DNA of 64,000 nt from Schizochytrium sp. TIO01 (GCA_004764695.1 SMSO01000004.1:620001-684000), one strand, 5' to 3'. Positions 1-13,557 are shown, numbered from the stretch's first letter. The notes: generated by a model from the sequence alone, not told the origin. Translations and numbers: made by a program.

Positions 1-2
1 AT

Positions 3-3000
3 GAATCCCTGTCTGGACCATTCGCAAAGCTATCTGCCTTCTTTCCAGATGTAGAATCAGCATTCTGCGGACCTCATCATACTCCAACACAAACTGATTG
101 GATCTCCGCCCCTAGCAATGAAGATGTGTCCTGGTATTTTAAGGATGCCCATGGGGCAATCCAAGGACCGTACAATGGGCTCCAAATGAACGAATGGGCC
201 CGTGCAGGCTTGATTTCCGCTGGTGTTCAAGTTCGAAAAGGATCTGGGCCTAATTCACAATTTGTAAGGAGGTCTGAACTTTTCCCAGAGGGTGATCAAA
301 GCGCCTTTCTTCCGCCTGGTCACCGCTCTTTTCGATCAGGCTCAGCGCAACGTAAAGAACAAGGCCATACTCTGTCTCACTACCAAGGTGTACAACGATC
401 AATTTTACACCAGTCGTCTCACCATCGTGCTCAGCACCAGCACCAGCACCAGCATCAGCATCAACATCCAAGTAGTACCAAAGCGCACTTTTTCTCACGT
501 GTTGGAAAGCATCGTAGATCTAGCTCTGCCGGGAGCAACTTTGCTGGCTTAAAGCAACAGTCTGCTGGTACTTCTGAAGATGCAGGGGGTGCTGAGTTTT
601 CGTTTGACCAAACAAGTAGAGAAAGCCCGGATGATTTTGCAGGTGCACACAGTGGAGGCACCTCAATCTCTTCCGCAAGTGCTGCTGCTTCTCATGTTCG
701 TAAATTTGCTGAGAAAAAAATTCGCGCAGTTACAACCCCAAAACATTCAACAACACATTACAACTTCGACCTTGAAGCCAGTGGACACGGTGGGGCAGGA
801 AGGGACCAACACTCTGGGGCACTAAATTCGAACTCAAATATGTCAATTCACCAGAGGCGACTTCAAAGCATTGGCAAGTATGGACAACGTCAAATCTCAA
901 AGCTTAAGCCAAAACGAATAAATCGTAAGCCACACTCGGAATCTTCTAAATTTGATTCAGGTTCATCTTACACAGCATTGGACAGCGGGGGGGCTTCGAC
1001 TGAGCAAAACCTTGGATCTCGAAGTGCTGCGTTCTCTCGTAATGATGGCGTATATATATCACATGACCCATACGCATATATGAGTGACCCGACTCAAATT
1101 GGTGAGCATCAGACAGGAACTATGGCCCCATTTGAACGAGTTCTAACGGATGACAGTATTACAGAGCTTGATGATGGGTCTGGTACATGGATTCGAGATG
1201 ATGATGATGATGACGACGACGACGACGACGACGATGACGACGATGACGACGACGACGATGATGATATCAACGATGAAGATGACGAAGATGACGACGATGG
1301 TGATGATGTCGAAGGTGACATAAACCTACGGAACGGCGATGGTCCCAATTATGACCGTAACCAATTTCGCTTGTTCAAAACTGAAAAGAAGTCAGAAGGG
1401 CATTGGGAAAACAATCTTTTTAATGGAACGACTCAGACTACTACCTCACAAAATCGTCTTGAGGGAAATACTTACCCGAACGGAGAAGGATTACTTCATG
1501 GTGAGGATGGTGAGGATGGTGATCAATCAACAAATTTAGAACATATAAGGGCGGCCCTCCAGGCTGAGAGCATTGCTCGAGCCGGCAAAGGTCGTATAGC
1601 ACAGCAACATCAACGCCAAGCCTATGGAGATAATCTTTCTGACTCAGAATCTGAACAAGACTCATTCTTGTATTCAAACCAACGTCTTGGACATCATGGA
1701 TTTCCTCAAACTCCAATGCTTTCGAATGACGCCGTTACAGATCACGTTCATAACTTACTAGGTTCATTTCGCTTTAAGCGCGGCTCAACTCTGGGTCTAC
1801 GTTTTGGAAACAACAATCACAACAACTCTGCGCATAGCCTGGGAAGTTCAAGTGCCCCTCAGACTGGTGGTGAATGGAACAAGCCTTCATCGTCTCTATT
1901 CGTTGAAACGCAGCATGGTGTAGCTTTCCGCACGGGACGTGAGAAACACGTGATACACCTGGAGACCTCACTTGCAGAGCTGCAAGATGAAAATTCCCAA
2001 TTGAAGTCCTACATTCGCCAACTCTATGCATGTGTCTCAGCAGAGCATCCAGAGCTTGCTTCTAAGCTACCTCGTCCACCAGCACCTGTCCGAGCGACTT
2101 CAGTTGGGATCGCACCCACATTAGAGAAGAACCAGTCCTCATTACCATTAAATCATGATACGTTGAAGGGTAGTGTTGGAACCGGGACTCATGGCCACGA
2201 TCAGTGTCATGCAGAGAACCAAAGCGAGTTAGAAAAGACAGGCTCTGCGGACAAGGGCCACTTCACTACTAGGTCTAGGCCAGCCATACCTGCGGATATT
2301 TTTACGTCGCAACACGCTGCAGCTGATAACCGTGTTGCTCCCCCCTCTCAGCACACACATGCAGAACCGGATTCAAGTCGGGAAGAAAAGCCGGGAACCT
2401 TACCATCTTCTACTGCTCAGGAAGCAGCCGCAACTAAGCAATATCATTCAAAATCGAGGCAAATGCAACATGAAAATGAGGGTCAACCGAATGAATCTAG
2501 TTTCGCATCATCATCTTCCTCATCAAGGCGAAGTGACCTAAATGGAAGTATGAGCATACCCGCTGGAGATGATGCACTGTGGGAGGACTTTGTTGTGGTT
2601 GAGTTTGACAGGGATTCACCAATGTTGCGAAGAAAGGTTAATGCATTTGGAGAAGGGGTAGAGGAACTACGAGGTGAACTAAAGGAACTGATTAAATCTT
2701 CGTTTTCGTACTTGGAGAACTGCCAGGGAGAATTAGAGTCTTTGATGGGATATGCGGACGAACTGAATCAACCTGAAATTCGCAAGCTATCCCCACTTAT
2801 CCATTTGTATCACGAGCTTCTTAAATTTATTGCTCAGCTCAGAGCTCGCATGCTTCACGACCTGCAGAGCAACCTGATCTTCAAGTTTCAAGACTTTCTA
2901 GAAAATGATATCAAACAGGCGCAAAGCCTTAGACGCGAGCTACAGCGCGCGCGAGACCTCTATGAAACTTTAGAGGGTAAGTATATGCACACTCGTCGAC

Positions 3001-4847
3001 CGAAAGGCCGAACTGGTGTTATAGGGAATGTTGGTCGAGGCCATGACAACGCCGAGAGTCAATTGTATGGAGAACTTCAAACTGCGAAGGCACGTTTTGA
3101 GCTTGCACGGTTTGGCGTCGTGCAACAAATTAATCAATTAGAGACTAAGAAGCGATTTGTACTCGTTGAGCATACGGCACAAGCAATTGATGGGCTCATG
3201 TCTTACTTTCGGCAAGGATATCAGCTGCTAGCAGCCTACTCTGGGGTGGTGGAGGATGCTCGAGCTGATATCGCAGGTGTTCACGGAAAATTTGACCTGA
3301 TTGTTGAGAAATGGAATGAGAAGCGGTTGCAGCTTGAGTCTCAGCTTCACAGTGGAGCGTTTCCGTTTAAAAGTACGGAGCGGCGTAAGCGAGACATGTC
3401 TAAACACCATGAGAAAGTGGTGGTTTCGTCGAGTACATCTCGAGCCTCGCACGACCCGCTTTCAGTTCATGAAGGCTATTTGTATAAGCGAAGCTCAAAT
3501 GTACGAAAGCAATGGAAGCGCAGATACTTCGTCCTGCGAACAGACAAACTGCTGTATTATCGGTCTTGGAAAGATGTGAATCCTCAGCCTGTATGCGATA
3601 TCCTCCTTTGCTCTGTACGCAAGGTTGCAAATGCTGAGTTTAAGTGTTGCTTTGAGATCCTCTCTCCGAATAAGCGGGCTTATATTTTGCAAGCAGTCAA
3701 TGAGCAAGAGATGGACACCTGGATTTCAGCAATCCGACGCGCCATTGAGATAACGCTAGCTAAGCAACAACAACAGCGCCCATCAATGTCAAAGACAACA
3801 GGCTTACATGATCCTGAGGTGAATCGATTACTAGAGTTGAACCCCACTTGTGCCGACTGTGGAGCGGAAAAACCTGACTGGGTATCAATTAATCTTGGTG
3901 TCTTGGTGTGCATTGGCTGCAGTGGAATCCATCGCTCACTTGGATCCCATATTTCGAAAGTTCGCTCTTTAACGCTGGACCAGCTGCCACGGTCACAGAT
4001 CCGTGTTTTGCTTCGGCTGGGCAATGTATCAGTAAACCGTATTCTGGAGGCTACTTTGCACCCAGAGCGGAAGCCCACTGCTGATGCATCTCGTGACGAA
4101 CGAAGTAACTTTATTCAAGCGAAATACATCGATCGAAAGTTTCTGGACCCGACAAGTAGAAATGACGTGCTGAATCGAAGTGATGGGTTTGCATTTGCGC
4201 AACTTATCGATAGCGCGCGAAGCGATAATCTTGAGAATCTGGCCCGATTGATCCTTTCTAGTTGCCCGATTGATGCTAGCGTAGACGGCGAGACGGCACT
4301 TCATGCCGCATCACTTGCAGGTCATGAAGATTGTGTTGAGCTACTCCTACTAAATGGGGCAAACCCTGCTGCTGTCAGTTCACAGGGCTATACACCTTTG
4401 CAATTAGCACAAGAGGGAGGTCACGCTGACGTGATCGTCCTGTTAGAGCGCATTTTAAAGACAAGAATGCGTCCCGGATCCCTTCATTTGAGCCCTACAA
4501 GTGCAGGGGCAGCGAATTCCCAGTCGTCACGCGTTGCGCGAGGTGTGGCAGGGCCGAGCGTGGATACGACCTTAGGAGGTGATTATAGCGATTCTGATGA
4601 TATCCCATCCCTGCTAGATCCCACCACTGTACCTCATCATCGTCCTACACGCTCGGCTCCATCGTCTCCTGTGTATAAATTAAATGAAGACGAAGTGGAT
4701 TTACTTGGCGGTATCTCAAGGCCGCTTCTTCCGACTGTAGAGGGCCTTCACCAATTATCATTTTCATCTGGGATACACGATAACTTACATCTTAACCCTG
4801 AGTCTATCCCATCCCCTGACTCAAATAATTCGAACACGTCTATTTAA
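3..4847 (+). CDS. ACAP/centaurin-beta-type ArfGAP (GYF - low complexity - BAR - PH - ArfGAP - ankyrin), 5'-partial
   Basis: The frame is open from base 3 and the track's start at 126 is GTG, so the true start lies left of the window. GYF motif WYFKDAHGAIQGPY; BAR starting DSPMLRRKV (~2613); PH HEGYLYKRSSNVRKQWKRRYF (~3468); ArfGAP zinc finger CADC-x16-CIGC with the HR arginine finger (~3849); ankyrin repeats GETALHAAS and GYTPLQLA; poly-Asp tract ~1197-1310. Confidence 0.93.
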   Translation, partial: ESLSGPFAKLSAFFPDVESAFCGPHHTPTQTDWISAPSNEDVSWYFKDAHGAIQGPYNGLQMNEWARAGLISAGVQVRKGSGPNSQFVRRSELFPEGDQSAFLPPGHRSFRSGSAQRKEQGHTLSHYQGVQRSILHQSSHHRAQHQHQHQHQHQHPSSTKAHFFSRVGKHRRSSSAGSNFAGLKQQSAGTSEDAGGAEFSFDQTSRESPDDFAGAHSGGTSISSASAAASHVRKFAEKKIRAVTTPKHSTTHYNFDLEASGHGGAGRDQHSGALNSNSNMSIHQRRLQSIGKYGQRQISKLKPKRINRKPHSESSKFDSGSSYTALDSGGASTEQNLGSRSAAFSRNDGVYISHDPYAYMSDPTQIGEHQTGTMAPFERVLTDDSITELDDGSGTWIRDDDDDDDDDDDDDDDDDDDDDDDINDEDDEDDDDGDDVEGDINLRNGDGPNYDRNQFRLFKTEKKSEGHWENNLFNGTTQTTTSQNRLEGNTYPNGEGLLHGEDGEDGDQSTNLEHIRAALQAESIARAGKGRIAQQHQRQAYGDNLSDSESEQDSFLYSNQRLGHHGFPQTPMLSNDAVTDHVHNLLGSFRFKRGSTLGLRFGNNNHNNSAHSLGSSSAPQTGGEWNKPSSSLFVETQHGVAFRTGREKHVIHLETSLAELQDENSQLKSYIRQLYACVSAEHPELASKLPRPPAPVRATSVGIAPTLEKNQSSLPLNHDTLKGSVGTGTHGHDQCHAENQSELEKTGSADKGHFTTRSRPAIPADIFTSQHAAADNRVAPPSQHTHAEPDSSREEKPGTLPSSTAQEAAATKQYHSKSRQMQHENEGQPNESSFASSSSSSRRSDLNGSMSIPAGDDALWEDFVVVEFDRDSPMLRRKVNAFGEGVEELRGELKELIKSSFSYLENCQGELESLMGYADELNQPEIRKLSPLIHLYHELLKFIAQLRARMLHDLQSNLIFKFQDFLENDIKQAQSLRRELQRARDLYETLEGKYMHTRRPKGRTGVIGNVGRGHDNAESQLYGELQTAKARFELARFGVVQQINQLETKKRFVLVEHTAQAIDGLMSYFRQGYQLLAAYSGVVEDARADIAGVHGKFDLIVEKWNEKRLQLESQLHSGAFPFKSTERRKRDMSKHHEKVVVSSSTSRASHDPLSVHEGYLYKRSSNVRKQWKRRYFVLRTDKLLYYRSWKDVNPQPVCDILLCSVRKVANAEFKCCFEILSPNKRAYILQAVNEQEMDTWISAIRRAIEITLAKQQQQRPSMSKTTGLHDPEVNRLLELNPTCADCGAEKPDWVSINLGVLVCIGCSGIHRSLGSHISKVRSLTLDQLPRSQIRVLLRLGNVSVNRILEATLHPERKPTADASRDERSNFIQAKYIDRKFLDPTSRNDVLNRSDGFAFAQLIDSARSDNLENLARLILSSCPIDASVDGETALHAASLAGHEDCVELLLLNGANPAAVSSQGYTPLQLAQEGGHADVIVLLERILKTRMRPGSLHLSPTSAGAANSQSSRVARGVAGPSVDTTLGGDYSDSDDIPSLLDPTTVPHHRPTRSAPSSPVYKLNEDEVDLLGGISRPLLPTVEGLHQLSFSSGIHDNLHLNPESIPSPDSNNSNTSI

Positions 4848-7060
4848 CCAGAAATATATCGTTTAATTATTTGTAAAACAGCAATATATTTTCAAAAGTA
4901 AAGTCTCAATGGGTTTAGAATATACACACACGTTCTGGCTTGTGCTTTCATCAAAACAGGGATGCCAATACTTTATCTTGATCATTTGAGCCAAAACACT
5001 CTCTACCACAATGGCAAATATGTTGTGTTTTTGTTTTTCGCTTTTAACCTAGCTGAGCTAACAAATGCAGATACTTTATAGCTATAGATCTTCGCTTACG
5101 TATTCGCAAGAAACTCATTGTGCTTGTAGAAGAAGAAGAAAAAAGCAAAGAAACAGGCTACGTCTTCCTCGTAATCTAATAACATATGAAGCTATCAAAG
5201 AATAAATTAATGCTTGTACCGCCACTCTTGTTTTGGTTTCTTTATGTTAGTTTGCTAATGGAATTTAATCAAGAGTAGGGCGATGCCCTGGAGTAAGTAC
5301 TAGAAATGTAGAACAAAAGTTCGCGCCCATCACTATACAGAGACACGATACTTTTAGGTTTAGCGTTGGCAGAATCAGTTTCTGGGTTCTAGTTACGATA
5401 AAAAGCTGTTCTGCAAGAATTTCCAGGTAGGTCAGCCTTGCTGTTGGTTTTCTCCAGACAGGTAAACTTTTAGAACTGGACATGTTGTAATAGGTTGCTT
5501 TCCTTTAATTTATGTAGTGTGGTAAAGCTTGGGAGAATGTAATAAGAAAGATCCTTAGAGCTATTGTACTGAATTGTGTATATTTTAAAGAAGACAAAGT
5601 TTTGATGAAAATGTTCTGAAAGGTACCAAGCTTCACAACGAAGACGTATATAAGGAACGCTCTGGAAGAGCCCCATGAAAAAGTGCGTTCAAAGTAATTT
5701 ATTACGACGCATAAAATTATGTTCCGAATACAGAGTAGATAATGCGATGTTTCTAGATATGGTTTAGAGGAATGGGATTCGCAAAGTGAAACTTCGCTTG
5801 CATTCTATATTCAAGTTGTATAAGGGCATCATCACATAGAAGCCTCATATCGACAAGGTGATTTATATTAATTTACAATCATAAGCTATAGACCTACTAA
5901 ACCACCATTTCCCTAGTTTGTCGGTCATCAAGTAAAAATATTCGTCTACAAGAGTACTTCAAGCGTACTTATTTCGTTGCACCAACATGTGCTGGCCTTG
6001 ATTTCATCTAAATGTTTTCTTGAACTTGGCTTTAGAATAAAGATGATCTAACTATTTCAATACTGTCACCATCGAAGAAGCAGTGATGATATCGAAGGAA
6101 GGGTAGTCGCTTGAGACAGTTCTCGCTCTTATAATGTATATAAATTCTAACTTCTTGTTACAATCTCTTCATGTAAATGGCAAAAAATTATACCTCTCAT
6201 CTATCGTACAGGAGGTGGAATATGTACATCAAACCTACAAACACATGCTCAGTGAATTCTTGTATTATACGTTGCGCTGCTGAAATATTTATAGATCGAC
6301 CGATAGTTCTAATATTAAAAGAGAGACAGGGCAAAGAAAACCAAGCTTGGCGCTTTAGCATATGGAAAGACATTAATGCTCTTCTCGTCAGCAGATAAGC
6401 AATATGGTTTCTTTTGAACGGATATTCAACTGAGCAATTCTGGGAAAGTAGTATGAATATCTGAACATTGTTTACCCTGGAGTACCTGGTTTGGCCCGTT
6501 TCTAAGGTGCGTGCTGAGCTCATTAACTGACTGTACAGAAACTATTCTAGACAAGGCTAGTTAAAAACTTGTAGCTATCCATTTAAACCTACGAGCAATA
6601 CCAAGTCATTTTAGAGTATATGTAAACGATCATCTCGAGATCTATGAGATTAGCATTGCCAACTGACAGGCTGCTGCAACTTAGGGTTTAGGTTTCCATT
6701 TGAAGATCACCTCCCTAGAAATAGTCTCGACCAGGGCAACATAAAACATTTAGGACTGAAGATAAAATAAAAATACATTTCCCAGATCGTTAAATTGTTG
6801 TACAAGGATTTAAATTCTTTCCCAAGACTACGTTATTTGAACAGGTTTTATAGCCAATCTTGACACAGTTTTCCCAGGACTGATAAACCTCGGAGAATCG
6901 ATCGAAGGTATTTAAATAGAAATGTTTTATGAAATTGTCTTAATTATAAAAACATAGGCCTCCCTAACTCACTAGCAGAAAAGGTGTCATTATGATTTCT
7001 GATCGATTGATTTGCGGTCCTAGGTATCCTACTACTACTGAAACCTTAGGTAACGTCGTG

Positions 7061-7193
7061 TTATTGTTATTGTTATTGTTATTGTTATTGTTATTGTTAT
7101 TGTTATTGTTATTGTTATTGTTATTGTTATTGTTATTGTTATTGTTATTGTTATTGTTATTGTTATTGTTATTGTTATTGTTATTGTTATTGT
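7061..7193. repeat. (TTATTG)n hexanucleotide microsatellite, ~22 copies
   Basis: Perfect tandem repeat seen directly. Confidence 0.97.
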
Positions 7194-10100
7194 TTACAGT
7201 AGCTATTGATTGCTATAAGCGTCCCTGCCCACCCACAGCGGAGAAAATCTATGCTAACTAAACTCCTCCACAACTTTAGTATTTTCCAATTCCAGGTTAT
7301 CATGAAAGGGAAATAGAAAGGAGGGAGAAAGTTATACACCACCGTACGTGAGTTCTTGTTATACTGGTAACATACTCTCACAAGGCAGAGGTAGTAAGTT
7401 AAAAATCTTTAGCTTTGGGAATACTATCACTCATTGCTGGCAACTAATGAGATACAGGATTCTGCCTGGATGGTGCATCATGCACTCCATCTTACTTAGA
7501 TGTGAGTTGATAGAACTAGGTAGTATGTCCTCCCAACGTTTTGATCAATATCGATCTGTTATGGTTATCGGCTCATCAACTTCAAATTTCCGCTTTGAAA
7601 AAGAAAAGAAAAGAAAAGAAAAGAAAACGACCATTTTTTTAAGTCGCCTTACTTACTTTTAATTAGAAACGAAAGAGATTCATTGTCCCTTACAACCTTG
7701 CCAGAGACCTTATACACATACTTAGCACCTAATTAGGTGCTTGCTTATTCTAATTTCTCCTAATATTTTTCTGACCAACTTGAATTTTAATGGAAGAGTT
7801 AAAATATATATATAGTAAATGTTAATGTAAAAACATGATTATAGTTCACACACCGATTGCTAGGATTTATATTATAGGGTATCATAGAAAGAGTAAAACA
7901 TTCACTTAATAATAACGGTGGGCGAAATTTCAACTTCTGAGAAATACTCACAGTGGGTGGGAATCAGGGCTAGTTAAAAAAAAGAAAAAAGAGAAATTTT
8001 ACTATTGTGTTAGAATGGTATTAATAGGAAAAATAGGTATAATGATTTTCTCAAATAGCCAAATAAAATACATAAAGGAAATGTTTGTCTGACTGTGTCT
8101 AATTAAATTTTCTCTCTCTTTTTTTCTTCTTCTTTTTCTTTATGCACTGTATTGAAAAGTGGAGGCTGCTGTGATAAAGTTGATGACTTTGGAGCTCCTG
8201 AAAAGAGGCCCCCTGAATTTATTAATATATATATATATATCGTCACTCCACATCTTCAAAATACTGACTCATACCTATTTGGAAACTCTGAATGCGGCGG
8301 GTCACTTACTTACTACTCCGCAAGAAGTTACTCCAACCAGAAGAAAGACTTTATCTCCCTTCTCTACCTACGAGGCAAACTAACCAAACTATTCTAGCTT
8401 CTCTGCTTGCTAATACTACCTACCTATCTAGATATTACTTGCAATTCTTCAACAAATGAGTGAAGAATACATGTAGGTACTATTAGGCTGTTGCATAGTA
8501 CCTTCCTTCCTTCTCTTCAATTTACTACCTACCTACCTAGGTAGCTAGGTAGGGGTATCATCTAATTACTACATAGGAAGGCTCCAGCCTCTTTCCTCAA
8601 TTTTATCTAATACTAAAGTAATACTTAGAAAGTGGTATTTTTCTGACTGATGATTAGATTTTAGAATATCATTATTATTGCTATTGTTATCACTTAAATG
8701 TTTGTTTTAAAAAGAAAGAGAAAGAGAAAGAACAAACATCTTCAATAGAAAGGAGCGTTCAGATAAAAAAAGACTACTCCTTTATTTATTTTAGTAAATC
8801 TTTAATTACACTGTCTAATAGACAGTCCTACGGTGCGGTCATAATTCCAACTGAAATTGAGCACTTCTAGATTTACCCCTTAAAATAGCAATGCTTCATT
8901 TATATATTGAATAATACTTTAAGGAGGAAGTGTGGTTCATAAAATATTCCTGACCAAATGAGCGCCTGATACTTCAGGTAAAAAGGTACGATAGTAAAAA
9001 CAGTAGTAATTTATACCAGAGGTTTATTTGAAATGTTTTAAGAAAAAAAAAGAAAAAAAAGAAATAACCAAAAACAAAAATAATCTTCTTTAGGGCAGGT
9101 TTACCACCAAAGTGGGGGTTTCTTAGTATTTAGTTGCGATTACCAAGGCAGGTTTGCAGTCTCTCCAGCTAGCTGCAGATTTTGTTAGTGTTTCTTCCAC
9201 TCTCCATTATCCGTCAAGGCACGTACAATAAGTTTCTATCCGAGCAAAACTCAGACAAAAGTTCTAGCCTATGCGTATAAGCCCATTCAATTAACAATGC
9301 TTGAATGGCCAAGGCAACACTCTCTCTTCAATTGTTGTTTTAGTGTAAATCCTAGCTACCTGGTAACAATCTTCTAGAATGCATAGCTACTAAACAGCAA
9401 CAACGAGCCGAAAGAGTTTCGTTACCCCACACCGAAGGTATAAGAAGCTGAGTACAAAAGCCCTAATCACCACAGCTATTATATTAGTCCAAATCACCGA
9501 TATTTGTGTGAAATATTACATAAGGGGAAAAGGTATTCGAAATTTAACTTAAATCTAACTTAGAACCTAGAGCTTGATGAATATGAAAAGTTAAAAGCAA
9601 GATACGTGTTTGTATATATGATATATGTTCAGTTCTGAGAATTAAAATCAAATACTTTGTTTATATTCTAACACTATTACGTAAAGAAAAGCGAAGGTGG
9701 TATTGTATAAATGCGCGTACTCCATGACTTTATCATTTCTATATGCTGTATCGACTAGCAATGACCGCCCTAATAACAGAAAATTAGCCCCACTAATGGA
9801 AAGCCTTGACCCCACAGTGCAGCTTTGAAATTTTATCCCGAAACAGTATATCCCACAGCGGAGTTTGGATATATTATTATTTACTGTTTTGTTTTCTTTC
9901 AAATATCTGAATTAAAAGGAAAAGGAAACAAAAAAGTGATCCTCCTATTTCTGAAACTGAGCGACCAGCTGACAGACGTGCATATAAATGTTTACTGACA
10001 ACTGGGAAAGTTAGGGAGATATGTATAAGGACATATAGACGGACAGACAACATCTTTTGATGGGCTACCTGCCTGGTTTTCCTGCTTGCTGCGTGATTGA

Positions 10101-13100
10101 TTCTAGGCTGCCTCAACTCCTGTCTAGCTAGCTACTATCATTGCGTTCTCGCTGTTTTTCTGCCGATTTGCCTTTCCCTCTGCATGCACAGACATTAGGA
10201 GTCATTTAGACATTCGAGCACCCAGTCCGCCAAGTCACTTGTTGGCGAAGGGAAATGCCATCTCAGATACGTAGAAACCCAGTATCTAGTTACCGACATA
10301 GATAGCTAGGTACCTACCTACCCACTCTCTTCTATCATGCTGTGTCGTTCTTTGTTTGTTTAGAAAACAATCACTCAGAACGTGAGGAGCATGAATCAAC
10401 TTCGTCTTATAATTAGTTACTTTCTAAAATAAAAAATATAGCAAGTTCTAGATTAGACTCAGTGTCTATCTATCAAACTATCATCGTGATCACTCTAGTC
10501 AGAGCCTTTAAACCCAAGATAACTTTTTTCAAATCGTACTGGCATGTGTTCAAAGAGAGCAGAGGAGTAGAGATGGTCAACTGTGTATATGGGCTCATTA
10601 CACTTCTCCAGAATTATTTCACTTTCCAAGGAAAGTAAACTTAAGATCAACTGACTGGTGGGTAGTAGTAGGTAGAAGAAGAGAGAGAGAAATGAAGATC
10701 TTCTATTGAAGAGGTGAAAAGAGGGATATCGTCACATATACTCACTAGAAGGAGAAAAAGAAGGCAGAGCAAACCAAGGTCTTTGGAAAAAAAGAAAAGA
10801 AAAAAAGGCTGGATCAGAGAGATGTCAGGGCGCACGGAGGAGGAGTGGAGATGAGATAGTAAGGATAGGAGCAACTTCTTTGTCAAAATGTATTCAATCC
10901 TCATGGGCTCAGAGTAGATAGTTCCTCCAGGCGCGGCCCCACGCGCGCGAAGATGGGGCTTTGCATGCGTACTCAGTAGCGACACAGAGGATAAATCGGA
11001 GGATAGGGAGAGGGGATGAGCAGCAAACGAAGACGAAACAGGTGCCTTCAATCACCCATACATCGATACCTGTTCAGAAAGTTTTTATTTTATATTATAA
11101 ACTAAAAGCGTTTTTAATATACTTACTTTAAATAGGTGAAGTATTAAAATAGTTATGACATATATTTATGTATTTGTCAATATACACACCTATCGGAATG
11201 AAGGAGCAGTCTTTAGTTTTGCTGCCTAGATGCAGCTAAGCAGGAGACTGGGGTATTCCTGGCTCAGTCGCTCAATGCAGGACTGAGGTATGATGTGTAT
11301 GTAGCCCCCATCTCAGGTTCGAAGGTTGGAAATCACGGAAAGGGAGATTGTTGTGTTGCATGGGTTAGTGTTTTTAAATTAAATTAAATTAAATATCACA
11401 GTGAAAATAGTACTATTATTATTATTATCAATAGAAAGTGCCCCGTACTTATTCTTTTTAGTAATATAGTGATATTAAGGCTGGGCATTACTTCGTGAGG
11501 GAGAGTGCTACATAAAAGCCGATAGGATTATGCGGAAGGTGCTTCATTACGATTCTACCTGCTAAGGCAGGGTATCTCTCATTCTATATTTCTCTAGTGT
11601 ACAAAATTACCAAAAACTGACGCCAAAATAATTAAGAGGGGAACCCAACAAATCATTTTTAAAAGTGTTTATTCTTATTTATATAATTAACACACGTTAT
11701 ATATATTACATAATCAAATAATTAATAACGCGAGGAATCTTTCGAAGTTTACAATTCAATTCGGAAGACTGAGAGACTGTTAGGGCCCATGAGGATATGG
11801 ATATAAGAAAATAAACTCACTAAGTTTTAATCGATAATCTGTTTATTCAAAATAGAATCCTTTTATTTTCCCTTCGCAACCAAGAGCTGTGCAAAGGGTA
11901 GGCTAATAGTTACGTAGGTACCTACGGTACTATTGCAAACTAGATGTAGAGATAGACGCGTTGAGGCAGATCACTGTGTTTATCTGCCAGTGTCTCGAAG
12001 AGGGTAGAAACATTATCGCTTATTAATGGGCTATCAGCTTTCGGAAACTCAGCGGCAAATCTTTACATCAAATTATATTATTAAACAAAAAGTGAAGATA
12101 GCTTCTGATTTAGTGCGCCAAACATTAGTCTTGACCATTGCAGTGGTCTATCATGATGTGTATAGCCTGGTTCTTCATTCTTCTGAGAAAACTCTTGCTG
12201 TTTTTTAAATAAATATATATATATATAATCAGCATTGTTTTCTTTCTTAGCAAGGGTCTGTCCATATTTGTTACTATAATTAATATTTCCAAAGAGTTAA
12301 GAGAATATGATACCCGGTGCCAAAAATAATATTTTATACTACCGGCAATACCAGTACTACCATCTCTAAAGAATAAATAAATTCAGAGTCTTAGTCTTTT
12401 TATTATCTGAGGAAGCGAGTAGTCCTTTCTTCTTTTAAAAAGATATATTAAAATTTGTGCTATGACTCTTCATCACTTTGAATGAATTAAATTTAATTTT
12501 ATTTTATTTTAAAAAGAGGTTAAAAAGTAACAAATATATATTTGCAGTACTGGTCGATGCCCTGACTCTTACTCTATCCTAAAGCTAATATTAAGTCTCT
12601 AAAGGAAGGCACTACTGCGTACCTAGTACAAAGTACTAACTGCTACTCACGCTCAATATGTCTCCTATGGCCTTTGTATAAAGTCATATCATTACAAACT
12701 AACCTACTACTACTTCTTTCCCGTTTCTGTTATCACACTTATATAACAGATATATTTTGTTTTATAATGAAATAGATTTCTTTCTATCTGGTATGCTACC
12801 TACGTACTCTACTACTCTGTATAAAAATTGCAAAGCTAGCACCCCATCTCCTGAAATCCTGAAAAAACTCAAGCTCAAGTCGAAAGCTCTAGAATTGCTC
12901 ATGACTGAGGGAGAGGGAGATTTGCGCGCAAAAAGAAACTGCATATGTTTCATCATACTTCTGGATCGAAGAGGGCATATGGTTGAGAAAACTCAATAAC
13001 GACTAAAGAACCCAAAAATTACAAATTGTGGAGAATCTGTTGAATTTCGAGGTTTCAAGGCTATATTCAAAGTGCAAGTAGCATCGCGGTAAGCCATGCT

Positions 13101-13509
13101 AGCTCAGGGTCTCCTAACTCGATTCATCTTGCTACTACTAGTACCACTGTATCGCCATTACTATATATTGAAGACTCTGCCAAAGTAGGTACCTACCTCC
13201 TGCCAAATTGATAGTAGTAGTGTTACTTCAAAACGTAAAAGAAGCCCTGTGATGTGATGTGATGCGTGCTTTTTCTTTTCTTTTCTTTTTTTCTTTTTCT
13301 TAAAAATAAAATAAAATAAAAATAAATATATGGTCATAATATGATAAAAAAGGAAGACGAATAAGATCATAATGAAGACAGTAAGATGGACTGGAAAAAA
13401 AGTAAAGATAAAAACATAAGAAATACAAGCGAATAATCAAGGGGCTAAGCTACTAGTAGGCTACTGGGTAGGTAGGGACCTGCAATTTGAATTATTACTT
13501 CTTGCATTG

Positions 13510-13557
13510 AGCAAGCAAGCAAGCAAGCAAGCAAGCAAAAGCAAGCAAGCAAGCAAG
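13510..13557. repeat. (GCAA)n microsatellite
   Basis: Seen directly, one interruption. Confidence 0.9.

Noticed and set aside
6646-6695. GAGATTAGCATTGCC (U6-like) and TTAGGGTTTAGG (telomere-like)
   Set aside because: Both are too short, with no ACAGAGA box and no repeat array.
6992-7261. Poly-Leu ORF, and similar ORFs at 14414-14887, 16290-16721, 29318-29799, 45522-45710 and 49507-50181
   Set aside because: They are translations of microsatellites with no domain content.
11250-11330. tRNA-like A-box (TGGCTCAGTCG) and B-box (GGTTCGAA) motifs
   Set aside because: No acceptor stem or T-stem pairing can be built, so it is not a tRNA.
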